Shown here: positions 10,087-20,389 of the stretch, piece by piece
Numbering within the stretch: the stretch's first letter is position 1
Layout: every line of letters begins with the position of its first letter
Source: a virus
Lineage: Duplodnaviria > Caudoviricetes
IMG/VR virus record: IMGVR_UViG_3300015360_000023
Coordinates: 1-64,000 of that record
DNA: 64,000 bases
Strand: one strand, 5' to 3'
Position numbers and translations under genes: made by a program
The notes under the pieces: generated by a model
Databases searched by the model: none
Seen by the model: the letters and a program-made list of their open reading frames with translations, nothing else
Told to the model about the DNA's origin: nothing

Positions 10087-10740
10087 ATGTCAAAGTACAA
10101 CAGACATTCATCGGTTGTGTCAAGACAATCCGATTCGCCAATTGATGAAGATAGCTGGCTTCACAGATTCGAAAAGAGTCTAATGAAGGATGCTGTCCAA
10201 ACCAAGAAACAAGACTCTTCATTGTTTGAACAGATTAATACCATCATGAATGGAAAATCAAAATTCCCTTCTGTTGACGCTGCTGTTCAGGATATGAAAG
10301 AAAGAAGCGGCCTAACCGCTTATATTGAAAAGATCAATAAATCTTCCGAGGGAAACCTTCCAACTTCTAAGAAAATTGCCTCTGATAATCAGCAAGCAAT
10401 TGACAAGAAAGTTGAAATGACACCAATTGTTTTAACTAAACAGCCTCAGATCAAAAAAACTATTGAAAATTACATAAGGGACACTAAAGGCAATTTGCCA
10501 GTGCCAGCCATCATTGATAAGATTCGTTCTATCCATTCAAAAGATGTAACCGATTCTAAAGATTGGGACGATGATAAGCTTATCATTTTGGTAAGTAGAC
10601 TTAATCTATCAGCTAAGAAAGATAATCCTGGAACATTTCAGGACTACGGTAATTTAGGTTCTCGTGATACTGGTTCTGAAGCTGATATTGATCCATCAAA
10701 CACTGATGCTTTCTTTGCTTTAACTCCCGTTAAGCAATAA
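10087..10740 (+). CDS. Hypothetical head-module protein
   Basis: Start after GGATAATC at ATG 10087. Contains SKKIAS. Confidence 0.7.
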   Translation: MSKYNRHSSVVSRQSDSPIDEDSWLHRFEKSLMKDAVQTKKQDSSLFEQINTIMNGKSKFPSVDAAVQDMKERSGLTAYIEKINKSSEGNLPTSKKIASDNQQAIDKKVEMTPIVLTKQPQIKKTIENYIRDTKGNLPVPAIIDKIRSIHSKDVTDSKDWDDDKLIILVSRLNLSAKKDNPGTFQDYGNLGSRDTGSEADIDPSNTDAFFALTPVKQ

Positions 10741-11410
10741 CTTCTGGATCTGATAGTTTACGGCAATTGCAATTGTAGCATAGAACCTGTAAACCTAAAT
10801 GCATTGGGAAATTTTGTTTGATTAACCAGCGATACATTCTTACTCCAGTAAAACATTTAAGTTGACGGCGCTGAACAGCGCCGTCATTGTTTTTATGATC
10901 AATAGTTAATCGCTCAATTCTATCTTCTTTGCATTTTGTGCATTGATTGCCATAAGCTTCCATTACTTTCTTTTTATCACGAAGAGCGTATTTGTCTTTG
11001 TACACGACTCCTTTACTACAATTACAGTTGTAACAGAGTATTTGATATCCATCATGTTGTACTGGATTATTGTATAGCCATTCATACATATGATTTGAAA
11101 TTTGTTTTCTATGAGCGTTTCCGCCTCCAAATTTATGATCAAGTGTTAATTTATAATAGTCATCTTCTCCACATTGAGCGCACATATCTCCATAAGAAGC
11201 AATAATGGCACTTTTTCTACCACGATATCTGGCCAGTTGTTTTTTACCATAATTAGGCGTACTTAAATAGTATTTTTTATCTATTAATTTTCGACAAGAT
11301 TTACATGTATATCGACTTACTTTTTTATCATAAGTATTCCAATTATCTTCTATTAATTCTATACCACATTTATTACATGTTTTTAGACTGAGTTTTTCTG
11401 TTGAAGTCAT
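10730..11410 (-). CDS. HNH-type endonuclease with two tandem HNH/Zn modules
   Basis: Two copies of CxxC-E(D)-x-LT(L/I)DH...MY.WL...Q(I/V)LCYNCN. Inserted in reverse just upstream of TerL. Confidence 0.8.
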   Translation of the reverse strand: MTSTEKLSLKTCNKCGIELIEDNWNTYDKKVSRYTCKSCRKLIDKKYYLSTPNYGKKQLARYRGRKSAIIASYGDMCAQCGEDDYYKLTLDHKFGGGNAHRKQISNHMYEWLYNNPVQHDGYQILCYNCNCSKGVVYKDKYALRDKKKVMEAYGNQCTKCKEDRIERLTIDHKNNDGAVQRRQLKCFTGVRMYRWLIKQNFPMHLGLQVLCYNCNCRKLSDPEVIA

Positions 11411-11421
11411 ATTAATACATA
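11408..11421 (+). promoter_or_regulatory. ATA-N7-ATA motif upstream of terminase
   Basis: CATA-ttaatac-ATA, overlapping the divergent HNH start codon. Confidence 0.5.
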
Positions 11422-11436
11422 TATCGTCATTTCAGT

Positions 11437-13335
11437 ATGAGTAATATTAATTTAGAATCAAAAGAATTATTTCACAAATTACGTAAACAGCTATTAATGC
11501 TTGATCCCGTGATGTTTGTGGAGACCTATCTTACATTAGATGGCAAACCATTCAGACTAAGGGGCAACGGGTATAAACCTTTTTCAGAGGTATATCGTTA
11601 TATCGGTGTCAAAGCTTTAGAACCGAATTCAAAGCCGCTAATCATCGTCAAGGGACGTCAGGTCGGCGCTACTACGATGGCCAGTGCTCTTGAGATGTAT
11701 TTCATGGGCTGCGGACTCTTTGGTACTGGCGAGAAGCCACCGATGAGAGTTATCCACGCTTTCCCTCAATTGGAATTAGCTGCCGCTTATTCTAAAACCA
11801 AACTTAACCAAATTATCTCTACGGCTATGCCGGTAGAAACTGGCGAAGTTAAAAAAGCAGGCGCCAAGCCAAAGTCTCACATGCAGGCTCTGCTAGATCA
11901 ATCTACTGCTACAAATGACTCATTGCATTTCAAACAGTTCAGTGGCGGAAACCATTTGTGGGTTGAGTCTGTTGGACTTGACGGCGACCGCATCATGGGT
12001 CGTACCGCTGATATCCTTTTCTTTGATGAGGTTCAGAAAACGACTAGCATGGCTATCGGAAACTCTCTTAAGGTTTTAACTACCTCCAAGTATGGTAGAC
12101 CATCTAAGGGTGTTCAAGTTTACTTTGGAACTCCAAGACGTAAAGGTTCTGACTTCCATAAAATGTGGCAGTCCTCATCTCAGCAATTTTACTATTTGGG
12201 ATGCGAGAATTGTGAGAAGCATTTCCCTCTTTACACTCCCGGCTCTGATGAGTGGAAGTCAATTTGGGTTTACGGAATGATTGTTAAGTGTCCACATTGT
12301 GCACATGAACAAAACAAACTAGACGCTGCTGAACGTGGCAAATGGATTTCCTCTAAAGACCCTAACGACGAAGATTGTTTAATGGTTGGATTTCATCTTA
12401 ACCAGCTTTACATGCCTATGTTTACGCGTGAAGATATCGATGCTGAAATGCCGGGCAAGCATCCAATTAACACTGAACGTGTTTACATGAATGAAGTTTT
12501 AGGAGAATTCTTCCAAGGAGACTCTAGCCCTATTACTCCGGAAGAAATTAAAGACCAATGTGCTGATATTGGTCGTAAGTTCTCTGCTCGTATTGCGCCA
12601 GTCATCAATAAGGCAAGCCCTCAGATTGTTGTATTAGGTATCGACTATGGAGCTAGAGCTGATTTAGAGCAATTAGCTAATCCAGAAAAGATAAGAGTTA
12701 CAGGCCAGTCTTATAGTACGGCAGTTGTATTATCGGCTAAAGGGCCTAATCTGTTAAGTATTGAATTTGCAACTAAGTTCAAACGTAATGATATGGAAAG
12801 TAAAAAGGGTATCATTGATCAGCTTATGAGACAGTATAGCGTTCAATTGGCCGTTGGAGACATTGGATATTCAAACGACTTTTCAGCTATGTTACATAAT
12901 ATTTATGGAGATAAGTATTTAGTTTCTCGTGCTCATAATAAATTGAATGGACATATTAAATTTTCAGATGATGCATTTCCAAAAGAAATAGTTTTTGAAA
13001 GAGATTTTTATATTGGCGAACTTTATGAGCAATTAAAAAAGGGTCAAATTAAATTTCCATTTGGAGATTATGAGAAGATTGCTTGGTTAATTGATCATTG
13101 TTGTAGTATGGAAATTAAACCCACCGTATCAAGAATGGGCGGGGATCCTACTATTCATTATGTTAAAGGAAGCACTCCTAACGACGGATTTATGGCTTTA
13201 TTGAATGCATACCTGGCATATAAGTTCATCATTACGAGAGGGTTTACTAGTCATAATCCCTTAATTCAGCAGGCAAATTTCAAAGATCGCCATAAACCAT
13301 TGGTAATTGCTGGGTTTATACCTCGTAAGTTTTAA
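11437..13335 (+). CDS. terL: Terminase large subunit (lambda gpA-like, with Zn finger)
   Basis: Walker A-like IVKGRQVGATT, Walker B ILFFDEVQ, CENC...CPHC Zn finger and RNase H-like nuclease VVLGIDYG. Confidence 0.92.
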   Translation: MSNINLESKELFHKLRKQLLMLDPVMFVETYLTLDGKPFRLRGNGYKPFSEVYRYIGVKALEPNSKPLIIVKGRQVGATTMASALEMYFMGCGLFGTGEKPPMRVIHAFPQLELAAAYSKTKLNQIISTAMPVETGEVKKAGAKPKSHMQALLDQSTATNDSLHFKQFSGGNHLWVESVGLDGDRIMGRTADILFFDEVQKTTSMAIGNSLKVLTTSKYGRPSKGVQVYFGTPRRKGSDFHKMWQSSSQQFYYLGCENCEKHFPLYTPGSDEWKSIWVYGMIVKCPHCAHEQNKLDAAERGKWISSKDPNDEDCLMVGFHLNQLYMPMFTREDIDAEMPGKHPINTERVYMNEVLGEFFQGDSSPITPEEIKDQCADIGRKFSARIAPVINKASPQIVVLGIDYGARADLEQLANPEKIRVTGQSYSTAVVLSAKGPNLLSIEFATKFKRNDMESKKGIIDQLMRQYSVQLAVGDIGYSNDFSAMLHNIYGDKYLVSRAHNKLNGHIKFSDDAFPKEIVFERDFYIGELYEQLKKGQIKFPFGDYEKIAWLIDHCCSMEIKPTVSRMGGDPTIHYVKGSTPNDGFMALLNAYLAYKFIITRGFTSHNPLIQQANFKDRHKPLVIAGFIPRKF

Positions 13336-13403
13336 CCAATTCCCTTTAACTGATATATTATTAGTTACGTATAGAAGAGGGATGTGGAAACGAACGAGGA
13401 TTC

Positions 13404-15263
13404 ATGACAGTTCATAAAGCTCAAAAACTATGGGTAGGACCCTCTAACTCAGAATCATACTTAGGATCTAAGTCTGCTCTTCCACAAGTTAGCTCTTTAA
13501 TGTCAAAAAGCGTTTCAGAGATTAGGCGTCAAAATATCTCTGGTGAAGTAGAGGCTGGCCTTTTTAGAGATGGTTCCGGACCTACTCTTAAAGAAGATGG
13601 TGCAACCGCCAATGGCCGCGTTGTGTCTTCTGTTGGTCAACATAAATATGCGCAAGTTGTAAGCAGTGGCGGGGGAGGCTATCGTGGTGGCAACGGAGAT
13701 ACCGTTAAACAAACCCCAGAAGTCTATTCTCCTCTTTGGTTAAATTCCAATCTAAATCTTCCACGTGATAGAGCTACCATCAATGCCTGGTGTCGTAGCT
13801 TTTATGCTTTGAACCCTTTCGTTCATAATGCAATTAATTTACATAGCACTTATCCAATTAGCAAACTAAATATCAAGTGCCCTAATAAAGACATTGAAAA
13901 ATTCTTCAACGATATGATTGAAGAAATTGATTTAATGAATATTTGCGTTCAAATTGCGCAGGAATATTGGCTACTTGGTGAGTCTTTCGTTTACGCTGAG
14001 CTTGATGAAAGCCGTGGTAAGTGGAGTCGTCTACTTATTCAAAATCCAGACTACATGATTGTTAAGCGTACTGTTGTTGCTAATGAACCAATCATCATGT
14101 TGCGTCCTGACGAGAACCTAAAGAAGATTATCTTCTCTAATCGTCCAACCGATATCGAGCAACGTAAACAACTTAATAATCACATCATTGACTCTGTCAA
14201 GCGCGGTGAAAATATTCCATTGGATAATTTCCATGTATCGCATTTGGCTCGTAGAATCAGCCCTTACGAAATCAGAGGAACTGGTCTTCCAGTCTGTATT
14301 TTCCGTCAATTAATGTTATTTGACAAGCTTCGTGAATCCAAGTATGCACAAGCTGATAATATGATTAATCCATTAACTTTAGTTAAGATTGGTACCGATG
14401 GTCCTGATGGATTGCATCCAACTTTTGCTGACTTAGATGCATGGAGAAATGTATTTGAAGAAGCTCAATATGATAAGGATTTCAAGATCTTTACTCACGC
14501 TGGTATCGCTGTTGAGCGCGTAGGATACGGTCAGGGTATCTATGATATTTCTGGTGACATTACTCAGATCATTAAAGAAATTTATGTTGGCTTACAAGTT
14601 CCACCTGTTCTTATGGACGGGGGTGCTGATACTACTTATGCGAACGGCGGTGTGGCTTTGGACGTTCTAAGGCAACGTTACATGCAATTCCGTAACATGA
14701 TGAGCACGTGGCTTAAAAGAAAGATTTTCGCACCAATCTCTAAGATTCAAGGGTTCTACGATTACTCGGGCGGCGAGAAACAATTGATTGTTCCAGAAGT
14801 AGATTGGAACCACATGAGCTTGTTTGACGCAGGCGATTATATCAACAGCTTAGTTACTCTTACTCAGGGCGACGGCCCAGCCAAGAGAGCCTCTTTACAT
14901 ACCCTATATCGTTCTATGGGTCTAGAATTTGAGGATGAAGTCCGTAAAATGCGTAAAGAAGCTATTCAACAAGCAATTGATGCTAAGGAAAAAATAGCTT
15001 TAGGCGCTATGGATTTGAATGCTTTGAGAGCCCTGGATGAGGAAGATGAAATTCCAGAGCCAGAGCAACCAGCAGGTGGAGCGCCTCCAGGCGGTCCAGG
15101 AGCACCATTACCAGGAGAAGTCTCAGGTGGAGCACCACCTCCAGGTGGCGGTCTTCCTGGCCTAGATATGGGTGCACCTCCGGGTGGAGCGCCTCCACCT
15201 CCCCCTCCTACCCCTCCATCAGGTGGAGATGCAGGTGGTGGAGCACCCCCTCCCCCAGCATAA
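13404..15263 (+). CDS. Portal protein with an N-terminal extension and a Pro/Gly-rich C-terminal tail
   Basis: Directly after TerL. NPFVHNAINLHSTYP, YWLLGESFVY and IQNPDYM portal-type motifs. GGAPP-rich tail. Confidence 0.85.
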   Translation: MTVHKAQKLWVGPSNSESYLGSKSALPQVSSLMSKSVSEIRRQNISGEVEAGLFRDGSGPTLKEDGATANGRVVSSVGQHKYAQVVSSGGGGYRGGNGDTVKQTPEVYSPLWLNSNLNLPRDRATINAWCRSFYALNPFVHNAINLHSTYPISKLNIKCPNKDIEKFFNDMIEEIDLMNICVQIAQEYWLLGESFVYAELDESRGKWSRLLIQNPDYMIVKRTVVANEPIIMLRPDENLKKIIFSNRPTDIEQRKQLNNHIIDSVKRGENIPLDNFHVSHLARRISPYEIRGTGLPVCIFRQLMLFDKLRESKYAQADNMINPLTLVKIGTDGPDGLHPTFADLDAWRNVFEEAQYDKDFKIFTHAGIAVERVGYGQGIYDISGDITQIIKEIYVGLQVPPVLMDGGADTTYANGGVALDVLRQRYMQFRNMMSTWLKRKIFAPISKIQGFYDYSGGEKQLIVPEVDWNHMSLFDAGDYINSLVTLTQGDGPAKRASLHTLYRSMGLEFEDEVRKMRKEAIQQAIDAKEKIALGAMDLNALRALDEEDEIPEPEQPAGGAPPGGPGAPLPGEVSGGAPPPGGGLPGLDMGAPPGGAPPPPPPTPPSGGDAGGGAPPPPA

Positions 15264-15327
15264 TTGAACGTATAACTTATGTATAATTGTGTATTTAGTT
15301 ACCGATTTTACATACTGAAGGGTTATC

Positions 15328-16692
15328 ATGGATAAATTTGCTCAAAGAAGAGGATTACTCAATAAACTACATGAGTGGGGAAACGTCAGCGGACGTTCCG
15401 CTGAGAAGTTTTTTAATCCAGAATTTCTTAAGGTTATGACCGCCTTACGCCTTCGTGACGACAATATTAGATCTATTGTTGCCGGCGAGGCTATTGGTGA
15501 TGGCAATCCTGGTAGAGATAAAACTAGTGTAAAGCAACTTTTAAAGTCTGCTAAATCAAATCTTAATAGAAGAGAATATATGCAAGGTGTCTCTGATTTA
15601 GGAAGATTTCATTCAAAATTGCTTGAAGTTGCTAATGAAATCGGCGCCCTTGACTCTAATGTAAATGAAGTTCATGAAGGTTTCTTATTTAAGCATTTAT
15701 CTGATAAAGGTAAAGATAATGAAACTCCAGAAGAATTTGAAAAGAGAACTAAGCACCTTGAGCACTTAAAAGATTTGAAGCAAAGATTTTCATCTGCACA
15801 AAAAAATGTAATGATTAAAGAGGCTAATATTGCTGATTTACTTGTTAATATGGGGACTCAACGTGGTAGAGCCTTAGCCGCTTGGGAAAAAAGATATAAG
15901 GGTCAAACTGCTGCTTTAAAAGCTGAAAGTGGTAAGCAAGTTGAAATTGCTGAAAAGATTTTAGAACTAACATTATCTCAACTTAAAGTAATGGCAACTC
16001 ATCGTGCCGGAAGAAATGTAGATGAGTACATGAGGGCTGCTAAGAAAATATCTGATAAATATGAACTTTATGATATGGAATTCAAAAAGTATTATACTAC
16101 TCATATTAAGGGTTTTTTGGAAAAGATGTTTCCAAAGGAAGTACTAGCTCCAGAGACGACTTCAGCTACTCCAGCAATTCCAGGCTCTCCAAAGGTCCCT
16201 GATTTGTCCTTGCCAGGTAGCCCAAAGTCTGATTCTCCTAAGGCCCCTGACATGGCATCTCCCTCTGTCCTTGGGCCTGTCGGAACGCCACCTACTATGC
16301 CTTCTAGATCAGAGCCTACTGTTTACCGCTCTCCCCTAGCTCCACCAGTAGCTCCAACTGCATTGCATGATACTTTACCTCCAAGTGCAGCTCCAGCTAC
16401 TATTCCAGCTCCAGACACTATTCCATCTCCTGCTCCAGATATGACTGTTGCACCACCAGAATCTGGTGTTGTGCCAACATCTAGAATGACTCCTGATGAG
16501 ATGAGGAACATGGAGCAACAACATGGCGTAGTTGCTAATCACAAAAATTTCTATAGCACTTTACAATCTATGTCTAATGAAAACCCTATAATTTTAAAGT
16601 CTTTCATTTCAACATATGCAAAGAAAATTGCTTCATCTGATCCAACAACCTCCATTCAACTTCTAAATGTAGTTAAGTCTATAAAGGGTTAA
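15328..16692 (+). CDS. Putative internal head protein with a Pro/Ser/Thr-rich linker
   Basis: 454 aa. Starts MDKFAQ and contains MIKEAN. About 120 aa of Pro-rich low complexity. Confidence 0.7.
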   Translation: MDKFAQRRGLLNKLHEWGNVSGRSAEKFFNPEFLKVMTALRLRDDNIRSIVAGEAIGDGNPGRDKTSVKQLLKSAKSNLNRREYMQGVSDLGRFHSKLLEVANEIGALDSNVNEVHEGFLFKHLSDKGKDNETPEEFEKRTKHLEHLKDLKQRFSSAQKNVMIKEANIADLLVNMGTQRGRALAAWEKRYKGQTAALKAESGKQVEIAEKILELTLSQLKVMATHRAGRNVDEYMRAAKKISDKYELYDMEFKKYYTTHIKGFLEKMFPKEVLAPETTSATPAIPGSPKVPDLSLPGSPKSDSPKAPDMASPSVLGPVGTPPTMPSRSEPTVYRSPLAPPVAPTALHDTLPPSAAPATIPAPDTIPSPAPDMTVAPPESGVVPTSRMTPDEMRNMEQQHGVVANHKNFYSTLQSMSNENPIILKSFISTYAKKIASSDPTTSIQLLNVVKSIKG

Positions 16693-16694
16693 TC

Positions 16695-17906
16695 ATGGCT
16701 AACTTGGGCGCAAACTTTTACCCAAAGCTAGTACAGGTTTCCTCTGAAGTGGGAATGAAGCCTGAGGATTTGATTGCCGTTATGGTTTCCGAATCTGGCA
16801 TGGATCCTGGTGCTGTTGAAAAAAAATTCAAGGGTTCGGGACTTGTTGGCTTTATGCCTGACACATTAAAAGGCCTTGGCTTCAAAGGAAGCTGGGAGGA
16901 CTTTAGTAAATTGTCTGGTGAAGAACAGCTAGACTGGCTTAAGAAACTTGTAAACGGTTATAAGAGTGGAAATGGTGGTAAATCATTTAACTCTGCTGCC
17001 CAGTATTATACTGCTAATTTGTGGCCCGTCGCCCTGCAATTACCTGGTGTTCGTCAACAGAATCCGGGAGCCGCATTTATTGAATCCAATCCTGAGACGG
17101 TTACTGATCCTAAGACTGGTAAAAAGTGGAGTAAAAAATACTTTGATATCGGAATTAAGATTAGTCCCGAAATGGAAAGCAACGCCTATAAATATAATCC
17201 TTTATTTGATAGAGATAAAAAAGGTGCCATTACTTATGGTGATATGATGAAGCAAGTTGAAATTAACAAACGCAGCCCAATCTACCAAAAGGCTTTGGTT
17301 GCTATGCAAAGTGCTACTAATTATACACCAGGTAAGGGAGGCCCAGCAATGGTTCAAGATAAAGAGAACGAAGGTTTAGAGAACAAGTATTTAGCTTTAA
17401 CTAAGCAACATACGGGTGGCCCAACAGCTAGTCCAACCTCTGCTCCTGCCCAACCAACTGGAGAGAGCGCTAGCTGGGACGCTAAGCTTACTAGTTTTCT
17501 ACAACAAATTGCAGCTTCCGAAAAATCTAATAAGAAACTATATAAAGAGTTCCTTCCTTCTAACAATATAACTATTTTAGTTAAAGCTAATTTCACAGAT
17601 GCCGTCGAGTTCTCTCGTGTATTATGTACTGCATTAGATGAAGAGTTATTGGCTAATGCTTATACTCATGTTGATGGAAATGATGTAGAAGTTCAATGTG
17701 TTATTCCGGGACCAGCTCAGGAATGTTTTGATGCGGTAGCTCAATTGACGTTTGCCCTTACTGGTGCTTTTAAGAAAGCTACGGCAAAGATAGGCGGAAT
17801 TGATGTTAAAGCTCAATTCCTTATGAATAAACAGTCATCTTATCAGAAAATCAGTCTTAGTACTGCAACTACTCAATACAGGAAATTCCTGCTAAAATTT
17901 ATTTAA
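16695..17906 (+). CDS. Lytic transglycosylase (SLT/lysozyme-like) domain protein, probable virion-associated muralytic enzyme
   Basis: LIAVMVSESGMDPGA (catalytic ES) and SGLVGFMPDT (GLxQ-like) in the N-terminal half. Confidence 0.75.
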   Translation: MANLGANFYPKLVQVSSEVGMKPEDLIAVMVSESGMDPGAVEKKFKGSGLVGFMPDTLKGLGFKGSWEDFSKLSGEEQLDWLKKLVNGYKSGNGGKSFNSAAQYYTANLWPVALQLPGVRQQNPGAAFIESNPETVTDPKTGKKWSKKYFDIGIKISPEMESNAYKYNPLFDRDKKGAITYGDMMKQVEINKRSPIYQKALVAMQSATNYTPGKGGPAMVQDKENEGLENKYLALTKQHTGGPTASPTSAPAQPTGESASWDAKLTSFLQQIAASEKSNKKLYKEFLPSNNITILVKANFTDAVEFSRVLCTALDEELLANAYTHVDGNDVEVQCVIPGPAQECFDAVAQLTFALTGAFKKATAKIGGIDVKAQFLMNKQSSYQKISLSTATTQYRKFLLKFI

Positions 17907-17915
17907 GGAAATGAA

Positions 17916-18311
17916 ATGGTAACCGAACAATCAGTTTTAGATGCAGTTGAAGATTGTAATAAGGACAGAACAAGAACTTTTGCTGAGTTTATTGCAACTA
18001 TCTTTAAAGATAAGTTCGTTGAAATTTACCTTGGTGACTCTTATGAAGAAGTAAGTTTAGAGCAAACTTCTATGGCCTATCCGGCTGTGTTTTGCGGACA
18101 AGTTGTAAGTGCGTACAGAGAGTGCTTGGTTCTTAGGGGAATTTATGTTGATGCTAAGAATAAAGAAACCAGTCTTGGTAATTTAGTATTCATTAGTGAA
18201 AGAGCTATTAGAGGACTTAATGAAATTAATGGTGATGGTACCATGGAAGATATGTTTTTAAGAAGCAAAGAGTCTGTAACCGTTTTCAATAAACTAATTA
18301 GTAAGAAATAA
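17916..18311 (+). CDS. Hypothetical small beta-rich protein (possible Sm-like barrel)
   Basis: 131 aa. Pattern VEIYLG...FCGQVVSAYRECLVL...LVFISERAI. Fold is a guess. Confidence 0.55.
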   Translation: MVTEQSVLDAVEDCNKDRTRTFAEFIATIFKDKFVEIYLGDSYEEVSLEQTSMAYPAVFCGQVVSAYRECLVLRGIYVDAKNKETSLGNLVFISERAIRGLNEINGDGTMEDMFLRSKESVTVFNKLISKK

Positions 18312-18317
18312 TTTATC

Positions 18318-18959
18318 ATGTACACTACCGATCAAATTTTACAACTAGCTACCAGTTATGAACATAGCTGTTTGGGCTTGGTTAAAATTGCTCGACCATC
18401 AAAGTCGAAGGACGATCGTGTATCTGAATATGAAGTCGAAGATAAAGATATTATCGACCTTACTAAGGCTGCTGATTTTTCTTATTCGGCTATTATGAGA
18501 GAGTTAAGACAACATGCTTCTAAAGAACAAGTAAGGGAGTTTCTTGTTCTTTTCAAAAAGGAATTTGATAAGGCAGTTAAGTTAAAACTACAGAAACCAG
18601 AGAAGGTTGCTTTACAAAACTCAGTTGTTAAATTCGGTAAAAAAAACAAGTTAAAAGTTAATAAGAAGATTATTAAGAATGCCGCTGTCAGTGAACTAGG
18701 AGATCCGATGTTGGTAGGAAAGTACCTAGCAGATATCGTTAGATTCACTTTGAATAGAATTCCGTCTGATAAAAGACAAAACGCTATTGATAAGTTGAGG
18801 CAAAAATTTTATACTTTTAATGCTAATGAATTAGCTAAGAAGAACTTGCCTCCGACTTCGGCTATTGGACAATCTATTACATTCGTTAAGCATGTTTTAT
18901 TTAATCAGGATGCTACTTATGTCCGCGAGGTTCTCAATAACATAGTGAGACATTTATAA
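18318..18959 (+). CDS. Hypothetical head-module protein
   Basis: 213 aa. LVKIAR, LTKAAD and IIKNAA motifs. Confidence 0.7.
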   Translation: MYTTDQILQLATSYEHSCLGLVKIARPSKSKDDRVSEYEVEDKDIIDLTKAADFSYSAIMRELRQHASKEQVREFLVLFKKEFDKAVKLKLQKPEKVALQNSVVKFGKKNKLKVNKKIIKNAAVSELGDPMLVGKYLADIVRFTLNRIPSDKRQNAIDKLRQKFYTFNANELAKKNLPPTSAIGQSITFVKHVLFNQDATYVREVLNNIVRHL

Positions 18960-18960
18960 A

Positions 18961-19725
18961 ATGATTTACAGGTTTCGTAAAGTAACCGATGAATTGTTTC
19001 GTGGTAGTGCTCCTTCCCCTAATGATGTCGCTAAATTAAAGAGCCATGTAGGGATTAAAAAAATCGTTAGTTTGGATGGTCCTGCCGCCGCACGCATTAC
19101 TAATATCTGCAAGGTTTTAGATATTGAGCACGTTGTTATTCCTATTGGATTTCCAGATGTACTTGAGCCAGTCTTAGACTTTTTGAAATATGATTTGAAA
19201 AAATTATTTCTAAAAGGTGGACCTACTTATGTTCACTGCGCAGCGGGCAAGGACAGAACTGGTTTAGCTGTAGCTCTAGTCCAATGCAAGTATTTAGGCA
19301 AATCTCCGGAAGATGCTGTCGAAGAGGCCAAGTCACTAGGGTTTGGTTTAGATGTAGATCCTAAAGCCATCTCTATTTTCGAGAAGGCAATCAGGTCATG
19401 CAAGCCATCGAAAGATAACAATGACGCTGATATAGTCTCCAATGAAAGAGAATATATTGGAGACAATAGGGACTCATTTTTGGATGAGGGGCATCAAGGA
19501 TCTTTCGCTCCATTTAATGCCACCCGTCAATTTCCGATGGATCCTGTTTATAATTTCATAATGGATCAGTCTCCGACCCGCGAAAATTATCATTCTAGTC
19601 GGTCAATAAAAGAGCATGATCCTAAAGAAGATGATGTAGTTCCAATGGTTGGCGTCTTTGATAACGATGCTGGTGGAAGAGGTTTCGGACCTACAGAAAA
19701 CGCAGGAGGATTCATTTATGATTAA
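18961..19725 (+). CDS. Dual-specificity/protein-tyrosine phosphatase family protein
   Basis: P-loop YVHCAAGKDRTG (HCx5R) and an upstream LFRGSAP motif. Acidic unstructured C-terminal tail. Confidence 0.9.
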   Translation: MIYRFRKVTDELFRGSAPSPNDVAKLKSHVGIKKIVSLDGPAAARITNICKVLDIEHVVIPIGFPDVLEPVLDFLKYDLKKLFLKGGPTYVHCAAGKDRTGLAVALVQCKYLGKSPEDAVEEAKSLGFGLDVDPKAISIFEKAIRSCKPSKDNNDADIVSNEREYIGDNRDSFLDEGHQGSFAPFNATRQFPMDPVYNFIMDQSPTRENYHSSRSIKEHDPKEDDVVPMVGVFDNDAGGRGFGPTENAGGFIYD

Positions 19726-20371
19726 GAAGGCTTACGCAGTACAAATGACCTATGACGTGTCTGATGATGAAAAACAACAGGCTCAGAGGGCTCTTTTGTT
19801 TTTTGGTCACACTAATAAGCTGCTTGAAATGGCCTCAGATCATCTTGATATCATGAAAACTCCTTTCAAGGATAATCCTGAAATGGACCCTAAAGAGGTT
19901 GTTAAGGCTCGTGCTGCCATCAGAAGGTTTAGAGATAAGTCTGTTGAAAATTTTAATGTCTTCAAAAAAGAAGCTTTTAAATGTGTCAATGTAATGCAAC
20001 CTTTCTCTACTGATACTCAAACTCTTAAGTTAATGAAGTCTTTTATTACATCTATTGATGGGTTAGAAACTAAGGTTAATCAATTCTCAGAACTGTTTAA
20101 TGACTTGGAGTCTAAATCGTTCTCACAAGATATTGTAAAAAACATTGAAGGAATTCAGGAAGAGTGTAAAGATCTATCTGAAATCATTGATGAAAGAATT
20201 AAGAGCCATATTCAGAGTAATATCCTAGCTACTAGCTGGGTAGATAATGTCAGTAATGACCTTCAAATGCAAATTGAAGAGAAGACCCCGCTTATTATGG
20301 ATCTTTTCAATAAACGACAAGACAATCTAAATGAAGCAATTAAGGAGAGAACATCACAAGAAGGTAACTAA
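19718..20371 (+). CDS. Hypothetical helical protein
   Basis: Start reassigned to ATG 19718 after GGAGG. Begins MIKKAY. Confidence 0.7.
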   Translation: MIKKAYAVQMTYDVSDDEKQQAQRALLFFGHTNKLLEMASDHLDIMKTPFKDNPEMDPKEVVKARAAIRRFRDKSVENFNVFKKEAFKCVNVMQPFSTDTQTLKLMKSFITSIDGLETKVNQFSELFNDLESKSFSQDIVKNIEGIQEECKDLSEIIDERIKSHIQSNILATSWVDNVSNDLQMQIEEKTPLIMDLFNKRQDNLNEAIKERTSQEGN

Positions 20372-20389
20372 AAGCTTCATAATAATGGG

